A stretch of DNA of 64,000 nucleotides from contig JAFGLG010000017.1 in the NCBI GenBank assembly GCA_016928155.1, positions 4,134-68,133 of the forward strand, read 5' to 3'. The position numbers were made by a program, and so were the translations under genes. Shown in pieces: positions 57,212-64,000 of this stretch. Source of the DNA: Candidatus Woesearchaeota archaeon. Its GTDB lineage: Archaea > Nanobdellota > Nanobdellia > Woesearchaeales > JAFGLG01. Below the pieces are notes generated by a model. The model ran no database searches, was not told where the DNA came from, and worked only from the letters and a program-made list of their open reading frames with translations. Each line of letters begins with the position of its first letter. Within the stretch, counting starts at the first letter, position 1.

Positions 57212-59605
57212 ATGGCAACAGCCAAGATCACTGAAAAACGCTGGGATAAGTCATTTGAGAAGCCTGTTTATGCCAGGTGGAAGGCTGATAAGCTGTTTGC
57301 CTTCAATAAGGATGCAATAAAGCCATTCTATAGCATTGACACCCCTCCGCCTTATGTGAACACTCCGATCCATATCGGGCATGCTGTCACTTATGTGCTG
57401 ATGGATATGTTTGCCAGGTATCGCAGGATGACTGGCCACGAAGTGCTTTTCCCGCTTGGTCTGGACCGCAATGGACTGCCGATTGAGATGGCAGCAGAAC
57501 GCAGGTTCGGCAAGAAGCTCAGTGAGGTTTCAAGGGCAGAGTTTGTGAAGATGTGCAATCAGGTCCTGGAGGAGTCCTCTGCTGAATCGACTGATTCTTT
57601 CCTGAAGCTGGGCATCTCTTTCAATTCCTGGGAGCTTGGCAGTGGCATAGGCGATATGTATTACACTGACTCTGATGAGTACAGGACCCTGACTCAGGAG
57701 ACTTTCATCGATCTCTGGAACAAGGGCCTGATCTATGAGGATGAGCGTACCAATAATTACTGCCCAGGCTGCCAGACAACTATCGCTGACTCTGAGATTG
57801 ATTATATGGACATCCCTTCTCTGTTCAATGATGTCATCTTCAAGATTGAGGAGACAGGTGAAGAGATCATCATCGGCACCACAAGGCCCGAGCTCATCTG
57901 CAGCTGTGCGATGGTCGTCTTCCATCCTGATGATGCGAGGTATCACCATCTTGAAGGCAAGCACGCGATCACCCCGGTTTTCAATAAGAAAGTCCCTATC
58001 AGGGCACATCCGAGCGCAAGCATGGAGAAGGGCACGGGATTGGTCATGATGTGCTCTTTCGGTGATTATACTGACATAAGGTTCTTCAGGGATATGAACC
58101 TCGAACCTATCATATCGATAAATATCGACGGCAAGATGAATGAGAACGCCGGCCAGTACAATGGCCTTGCTGTCAGGGAGGCCAGGGAGAAGATTATTGA
58201 GGATCTCAGGTCCGCAGGCTTGCTTGTGAAGCAGAAGGAGATAACGCACCGCACGCCTGTTTGCGAGAGGAGCAAGGATGAGATAGAGTTCATCAGCATG
58301 AAGGAATACTATCTCAAGCAGCTTGATTTCCTCGATGACATGAAGAGGGTGAGCAATGGGCTGAATTTCTTTGCGCCTAAGTCAAAGCAGATCCTTGATG
58401 CCTGGATTGATTCTGTCAAGATTGACTGGCCCATCTCAAGGAGGAGGGTTTATGCGACTGAGATCCCGCTCTGGTACTGCAAGTCCTGCAATGCGAAGAT
58501 GGTTCCTGAGAAAGGCAGGTATTACAGGCCATGGAAAGACAAGGCGCCTTTTGGCAGGTGCAGGTGCGGTTCATCTGAATTTGTTCCTGAGATGAGGGTC
58601 TTTGACACCTGGTTTGACTCGTCGATAACCCCCTTGTATATCCTCGGTTATGGCCGTGATCCCGAGTTCTTCCAGAGAGCCAAGCCTTGCACATTGAGGC
58701 CCCAGGGCAAAGAGATAATCAGGACCTGGCTGTACTATACCCTGCTCAAGTGCTATCACCTTACTGGTGAAAAGATATTCAGGGATGCGTGGATAAATTA
58801 TCATATAGTGGATGAGAAGGGCACAAAGATGTCCAAGTCATTGGGCAATGTCATCGACCCGCATGATATCCTGGAGAAATTCGGGGCAGAGCCCTTCAGG
58901 CTTTGGTGCGCTGTCGAGGGGAATCTTGATAACTCTGACCTGCGCTGCTCTTATGAGAGGATCGATGGTGCTGGCAAGACCCTTACCAAGCTCTGGAATG
59001 TCACTAGGTTCATATCCATGTTCGAATATGACAAGACTTCAGAATACAAGCTTACAGAGCTCGACAAGTGGATCATTTCAGAGGTCAATGAGCTCATCGA
59101 TCTCTGCAGGAAGAGCTATGAGGTATATGATTTCCATAATCCGGGTATCCAGCTGAAGCATTTCATCTGGGATACTCTTGCAAGCCATTATCTCGAGATG
59201 GCAAAGAAGCGCGCATATAATGATGGAGGTATCTTCTCGAAAGAGGAGCAGAACGGAGCATTGTACACTCTTGACTATTGCACAAAAACACTGCTTAGGC
59301 TCCTCTCGCCGATCACGCCTTTCATCACTGAGAAGCTTTATTCCAGCTTGTTCGAAGGCGAGATCCACCATATGCCTTTCCCTGAGGTGGAGCATGATGT
59401 CTCATCCCAGGTCACAAATCAGGATATCATCGATATAAACAGCGCTGTGTGGAAGGCAAAGGAGGAGCACAGCATCTCCTTGAAGAACCCCATAAAGATG
59501 GTCACTTTGACAGAAAAATACAGGCCTGTCGAGAAAGAGCTTATCATCACCCATAACATAGAGAAGGTGGAGTATGGTGATGAGATTAAGGTCATCGCAG
59601 AATAA
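57212..59605 (+). CDS. valS: Valine--tRNA ligase
   Basis: DTPPPY, HIGH, TTRPE, GTGLVM, DWPISR, DTWFDSS, KMSKS. Confidence 0.93.
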   Translation: MATAKITEKRWDKSFEKPVYARWKADKLFAFNKDAIKPFYSIDTPPPYVNTPIHIGHAVTYVLMDMFARYRRMTGHEVLFPLGLDRNGLPIEMAAERRFGKKLSEVSRAEFVKMCNQVLEESSAESTDSFLKLGISFNSWELGSGIGDMYYTDSDEYRTLTQETFIDLWNKGLIYEDERTNNYCPGCQTTIADSEIDYMDIPSLFNDVIFKIEETGEEIIIGTTRPELICSCAMVVFHPDDARYHHLEGKHAITPVFNKKVPIRAHPSASMEKGTGLVMMCSFGDYTDIRFFRDMNLEPIISINIDGKMNENAGQYNGLAVREAREKIIEDLRSAGLLVKQKEITHRTPVCERSKDEIEFISMKEYYLKQLDFLDDMKRVSNGLNFFAPKSKQILDAWIDSVKIDWPISRRRVYATEIPLWYCKSCNAKMVPEKGRYYRPWKDKAPFGRCRCGSSEFVPEMRVFDTWFDSSITPLYILGYGRDPEFFQRAKPCTLRPQGKEIIRTWLYYTLLKCYHLTGEKIFRDAWINYHIVDEKGTKMSKSLGNVIDPHDILEKFGAEPFRLWCAVEGNLDNSDLRCSYERIDGAGKTLTKLWNVTRFISMFEYDKTSEYKLTELDKWIISEVNELIDLCRKSYEVYDFHNPGIQLKHFIWDTLASHYLEMAKKRAYNDGGIFSKEEQNGALYTLDYCTKTLLRLLSPITPFITEKLYSSLFEGEIHHMPFPEVEHDVSSQVTNQDIIDINSAVWKAKEEHSISLKNPIKMVTLTEKYRPVEKELIITHNIEKVEYGDEIKVIAE

Positions 59606-59649
59606 TAATAATAATAATCCGCCTTTATTTTTATTTCCTTTTCGCTCTC

Positions 59650-59773
59650 TTCTTTGCCAAGTTCTCTTGAAGGAAAAATTTCAAAGAATATATCAGGGTT
59701 TATCCAGATCCGCAGCGCGGATCTGGTTGTAATCCTTTGAAATTTTTATGTGAGTCAAGCAAGGCAGAGGATG
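59650..59773 (-). repeat. Nested-palindrome intergenic repeat, copy 3 (inverted)
   Basis: Core 59704-59726 reads CCAGATCCGC-GCT-GCGGATCTGG-ATAAACCCTGATA on the minus strand; CATCCTCTGCCTTG shared with copy 2. Confidence 0.85.
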
Positions 59774-59794
59774 CTCAGAATAAGATATGCATGA

Positions 59795-60256
59795 TTATTG
59801 TCTTTTAAGTCTGTCAAGCGCCTCGAATGCCTTGAATCCGATGTTCCTGACATCAACTGGCACTGAAGGATCGTTCAATTCTTCTTTTGTGAACCATCTG
59901 AAATCATTGACTTCATCATCCTTCTTCTTGATTTCATTCTTGAGAGCTCTGCACAGATAGAATGAACAGCTGTGAGCATGGTCCCCCACACTGTGGACAT
60001 TGCAGTAGAATGGCAGTGCAAGCTGTGATATTATGTTGCCAGCAGGATCGACATCATTCCTGTTGAGGATCTCTATATCAAGATTGACTTCCTCTTTGAA
60101 CTCACGTATGAGGGTGTCATCAGGCGTTTCATCCTTGTCTATATGGCCTCCTGGAGGCAGCCACATGTCAAGTTTCTTGTGGTGTATGAGAAGCAGTTTA
60201 TTGTCATGTATCAGATGGCCGCAGACAACTAGATCCAGCCTCAGGCCCTTTTCCAT
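59795..60256 (-). CDS. NUDIX hydrolase
   Basis: PGGHIDKDETPDDTLIREFKEEV Nudix box. Confidence 0.9.
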   Translation of the reverse strand: MEKGLRLDLVVCGHLIHDNKLLLIHHKKLDMWLPPGGHIDKDETPDDTLIREFKEEVNLDIEILNRNDVDPAGNIISQLALPFYCNVHSVGDHAHSCSFYLCRALKNEIKKKDDEVNDFRWFTKEELNDPSVPVDVRNIGFKAFEALDRLKRQ

Positions 60257-61638
60257 CTGAACCCGTCCTTGGAATCCTCGACTATATAGCCTTTCTCCTT
60301 GATCATGTCTCTTATCCTGTCTGCCTCTGCCCAGTCCTTTGCTGCTCGCGCAGCTTTTCTTTTTTCTATCATCTCAGCAAGATCCGGGGGCATCTCTTCA
60401 TCTTCGAAGGTCATCACGCCGAGCACCTTGTCTGTCTGCTGCATGAATTTAATGACCGAAGCCGCATCTTCATGTGATATCCTCTTTTCCTGGATGGAGA
60501 TGTTGATCTTCCTGACAAATTCGAACAATACAGCGAGTCCCTCTGATATGTTGAGGTCATCATCCATCTTCTCATTGAATCCTGTTCGTGCAGCTTCGAT
60601 ATCTTTGCTGATCTCAGGATTTTCTTCCCCTTCTTTCACATCTTTCAGGTTCCTTATGAATTCATTCAGCCTGTTGACTGTGCTCTTGGCTGCTTCGATG
60701 CCGTCCAGCGTGAAGTTGAGCTGCACCCTGTAATGTGTCGACAGGAGCAGGTACCTTATCGCCATCGCAGGATATCCTTTTTGGAGAAGATCCCGCAGCG
60801 TATAGAAATTGCCGAGTGATTTTGACATCTTCTTGCCGTCGACAAGTATCCATTCGTTGTGCACCCAGTAGTTGACGAATTTCTCTCCGGAATATGCCTC
60901 TGCCTGTGCGATCTCGTTCTCGTGATGCGGGAACACGAGGTCTATTCCGCCGCAATGGATATCGAAGTGGTTGCCCAGATACTTTGTAGACATCACGCTG
61001 CACTCTATGTGCCATCCAGGCCGTCCCTTACCCAGTTCCGTCTCCCAGTACACATCCCCATCAGATGGATCATATGATTTCCAGAGCGCAAAATCGCGCG
61101 CGCTTTCCTTTGTGTATTCGTCCTGTTTCACTCTGGCTCCTGCTTGCAGCTCATCCGCTCTTATTTTTGAGAGCTTCCCATAGTCTGGGAATTTGGCCAC
61201 AGAATAGTATATTGATCCGTCCTCTCCTTTGTACGCGACCCCGTCCGCCATCAGTTTCTTGACAGCATTCACCATCTCAGGTATGTGCTCTGTGGCTTTC
61301 GGGAATGCATGGGCCCTTTCGATATTAAGCATATCGATATCCTCGAAGAACGCCCTGGAATATCTTTCGGTGAACTCTTTGAGAGAGACTCCCTCTTTCT
61401 GTGAGTCCCTGATTGTCTTGTCGTCGACATCTGTGAGGTTCATGATATGCCTGACATCATGGCCGGAATGCTCCAGATATCTGCGCAGGAGGTCAGAGCA
61501 CACATATGCCCTGAAATTGCCTATGTGCGCGAAATTATAGACTGTGGGCCCGCATGTATACATGCCGACCTTGCCCTGGACAATGGGTTTGAACATGTCC
61601 TTCTCGCGTGTCAGTGTGTTGAATATTTTGAATGCCAT
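60241..61638 (-). CDS. cysS: Cysteine--tRNA ligase
   Basis: CGPTVY, HIGN, DFALWK, GRPGWHIECS, HHENE, KMSKS. Confidence 0.97.
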   Translation of the reverse strand: MAFKIFNTLTREKDMFKPIVQGKVGMYTCGPTVYNFAHIGNFRAYVCSDLLRRYLEHSGHDVRHIMNLTDVDDKTIRDSQKEGVSLKEFTERYSRAFFEDIDMLNIERAHAFPKATEHIPEMVNAVKKLMADGVAYKGEDGSIYYSVAKFPDYGKLSKIRADELQAGARVKQDEYTKESARDFALWKSYDPSDGDVYWETELGKGRPGWHIECSVMSTKYLGNHFDIHCGGIDLVFPHHENEIAQAEAYSGEKFVNYWVHNEWILVDGKKMSKSLGNFYTLRDLLQKGYPAMAIRYLLLSTHYRVQLNFTLDGIEAAKSTVNRLNEFIRNLKDVKEGEENPEISKDIEAARTGFNEKMDDDLNISEGLAVLFEFVRKINISIQEKRISHEDAASVIKFMQQTDKVLGVMTFEDEEMPPDLAEMIEKRKAARAAKDWAEADRIRDMIKEKGYIVEDSKDGFRWKRA

Positions 61639-62036
61639 AGCAAGGGTATAATTTGCTGATTTAAAAATCTGATGTCATGGTACGATGCATTCATGACCGA
61701 TACTTGTCATCCGGGGCTTGAGCCGATTAGCCCTGATCAGGAGAGTTGTTCTGGCAGAACAAGCGCATTTCGGCAACCCAGGCTATTAAGGCAAAACTAT
61801 CATCTGGCTTAAAAATTATCATTTGGCTTATGGTGCTTTGATCCATGGTAGACTATCAGGGCATCCGGGATATGGCTGGATTGCCAGATAAGAGAGTAAA
61901 TATTTCTGTATGCTCAGGATTTTGTCAGTGCTCTTGATTTGACAGTGAAGTGACTAAGTGATTTAAGAGTATATTTATATCTTAAGAGTAATAACATTAC
62001 GAAATCTATATATATTCCTTGAAATCCCCTGTTTAG

Positions 62037-63896
62037 ATGAACCCGGAAAAAAGCAGATATATCTCAATAGCAGTTCAGAACCCATCATTGATCCATTTAC
62101 CCATATCTGAAAGGGGTGATTCGGTTACTGAGATTGGCCTGCAATTTGTTAATCCTTCAGAAAAGCAGGTTTCGATATTCGCGGACTTAGAAGACACAGG
62201 TTTAGTGATAGATTGCGAAGATTTTCAAATAGATGACACTGAGAAGTATACTGCTGCAGTCAATGAGGTGGTAACTTTCCGCGGTGATCCTATCATCCAG
62301 GATATGAGAATCAGTATGGCTGGTGATGGGTATGAATATGTTATCGGGGGGTATTTGAGGACCCAGCGTTTATTCAGACAGAAAGACATTGAAAGATTAC
62401 CCATCGGGTTTCCGTTGCATGGTGTTGATTTGGGGGATTTCATTTTAAGTTTGGATCATCATAAAGAAAAGGATGGATTAATTGAATTGGGGCATATTTT
62501 TGGGGATAGGGATAATTTGTTTGGCTTGAGTATTGGGATAAATGCTGACTTAGAAGGTAATCTTCAGAGGGAGATAACTGAAAAAGTCAGGCAAGAGGCC
62601 AAAGGATTCCTTGGAAGGAAAAAGATTGCTGAAACGACCCAAAAAAAATCCAGGATGGCTAGATTGCCGGATGATATGCCCGCAAAAGAAGTTATTATTA
62701 TTGACAATCTTGTTAGGATTTGTCAAACACTGGAAAGGGGTGTTAACTCTGTGTTCACATATTTGGGAGAGCCGATTAAATCAATCGGCGAGGTGCAGGT
62801 TGCTTATATGTTTTCTCGGACCGATGATGTTATTTTTCATTATGATAAAGGTCTAAAAGGCGTGGCAAAATCATATGACATCAGGGATTATCAGGGAACA
62901 AAGCTGTATTGTTATCACCCTGATCCTGGCACAGGCCATTTCAAGATTGGCAGCTTCACAGATGTGCAGCAGAAGGCAGGATCAGGCACATCAATTGAGG
63001 ATAAGCCGAAATCAGCGCAGATACTGAAGCCGCATTATGTTCAGAAAAAGCCAGATACGAGAAAAGCCGAAGATTCAGGTATTGTCACATTGGACGATGT
63101 TGTCGGGGCTGTTGAAGCAAAAAAAGAGTTGATGAGGGCATGCAATCATTTTAAGAATCCTGAAAGATATAGAGAATTTGGTATAACACCAAAAGCAGGT
63201 GTTTTGCTTCATGGCCCTTCTGGGACTGGAAAGACTTTGTTGGCCAGAGCAATGGCTAATGATGCAGAAGCGAAATTCTTGTTATGCGAATCTTATGATA
63301 TATTGAGCAAATTTTCAGGAGAGTCTGAAAATAATCTGGGGAATCTGCTGAGAGAAGCGGCAAAATATGACCGGTGCATACTGATAATCGATGAATTTGA
63401 TGCTCTGGGAAGGAAAAGGGAAATGAGTGACTCAAGTTCTCATGGGACAGAGGCAAGAATCGTGAATATTCTGTTGGGTTTCTTGGATGGATTTAAAAAG
63501 CAGGATAATGTATATATGATTGGTACTACCAATCGTCTTGATGTTATTGATGGAGCGATAATCCAGAGATTAGATACAATTTATGTGCCATTGCCTGACT
63601 TGGAAGCAAGGGCAGAGCTGGTCAGAAGAAGAACAGAAAGATACAGGAGTGATTTCCGGCCTGGCCTGTTTGGTGAAATTGATTACAATGCGATTGCGAA
63701 GGCGAGTGAAGGTTTGTCTGGCAGAGATCTGGTTGGTGAAAAGAGGAGTGTCTTCTCGTCTCTGCTTTACAAAGCAGAAGAGCTGTCTGTGAATCAGGGG
63801 AAAGGTTATATTCTGACAACCAAAGATTGGTTGGATGAGATAGAAAGGTCAAAACCTAAGCCGAGCGGTCCAAGAATTGGCTTTAAAAAATACTAG
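62037..63896 (+). CDS. AAA ATPase (single classical AAA module) with unrecognised N-terminal region
   Basis: GPSGTGKT, IDEFD, TTNRLDVIDGAIIQR, C-terminal IGF. Confidence 0.88.
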   Translation: MNPEKSRYISIAVQNPSLIHLPISERGDSVTEIGLQFVNPSEKQVSIFADLEDTGLVIDCEDFQIDDTEKYTAAVNEVVTFRGDPIIQDMRISMAGDGYEYVIGGYLRTQRLFRQKDIERLPIGFPLHGVDLGDFILSLDHHKEKDGLIELGHIFGDRDNLFGLSIGINADLEGNLQREITEKVRQEAKGFLGRKKIAETTQKKSRMARLPDDMPAKEVIIIDNLVRICQTLERGVNSVFTYLGEPIKSIGEVQVAYMFSRTDDVIFHYDKGLKGVAKSYDIRDYQGTKLYCYHPDPGTGHFKIGSFTDVQQKAGSGTSIEDKPKSAQILKPHYVQKKPDTRKAEDSGIVTLDDVVGAVEAKKELMRACNHFKNPERYREFGITPKAGVLLHGPSGTGKTLLARAMANDAEAKFLLCESYDILSKFSGESENNLGNLLREAAKYDRCILIIDEFDALGRKREMSDSSSHGTEARIVNILLGFLDGFKKQDNVYMIGTTNRLDVIDGAIIQRLDTIYVPLPDLEARAELVRRRTERYRSDFRPGLFGEIDYNAIAKASEGLSGRDLVGEKRSVFSSLLYKAEELSVNQGKGYILTTKDWLDEIERSKPKPSGPRIGFKKY

Positions 63897-64000
63897 GCCT
63901 TTGCTAGATTTTTGATTGTTTTCTTCTAATTTCTTGATGAATTCAGGGCTTCCTGATAGCATTGCTGCTGCCACTAAAAAAGATTCAATTAAAGAATATA

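Noticed and set aside
59601-59618. (AAT)n run after valS
   Set aside because: Short microsatellite of stacked stop codons; no further signal.

Overview
Archaeal chromosomal segment, most likely from a DPANN archaeon (Woesearchaeota-like). This is inferred from topoisomerase VI A/B, aMBF1, RFC-L, Hef, NreA, archaeal-type AlaRS/ValRS, TATA-like promoters and tRNAs with bulge-helix-bulge (BHB) introns. The backbone carries DNA replication/repair genes (XPD, NreA, DHH, SMC, top6AB, dnaG, Hef, rfcL), three tRNA synthetases, a surface-glycosylation cluster, lemA-htpX and an AAA ATPase. Accessory or unusual elements: (i) two tandem cassettes, each a class III signal-peptide (pilin-like) protein plus a large secreted LysM protein, sharing a 107/108-identical promoter/5' block but strongly diverged internally; (ii) a family of small membrane-anchored proteins with a shared leader and variable tails, one ending in a bacterial EF-Tu-like C-terminal peptide; (iii) a ~120-180 nt nested-palindrome repeat in three copies with compensatory base changes; (iv) three tRNAs, each with two introns (37/38 and T-loop 59/60); (v) two integrase-less MNT-HEPN modules and a BRO gene bounded by short repeats; (vi) an apparently intact GGDEF protein; (vii) a four-copy palindrome array upstream of dnaG. 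All calls are by eye; no database searches were run.
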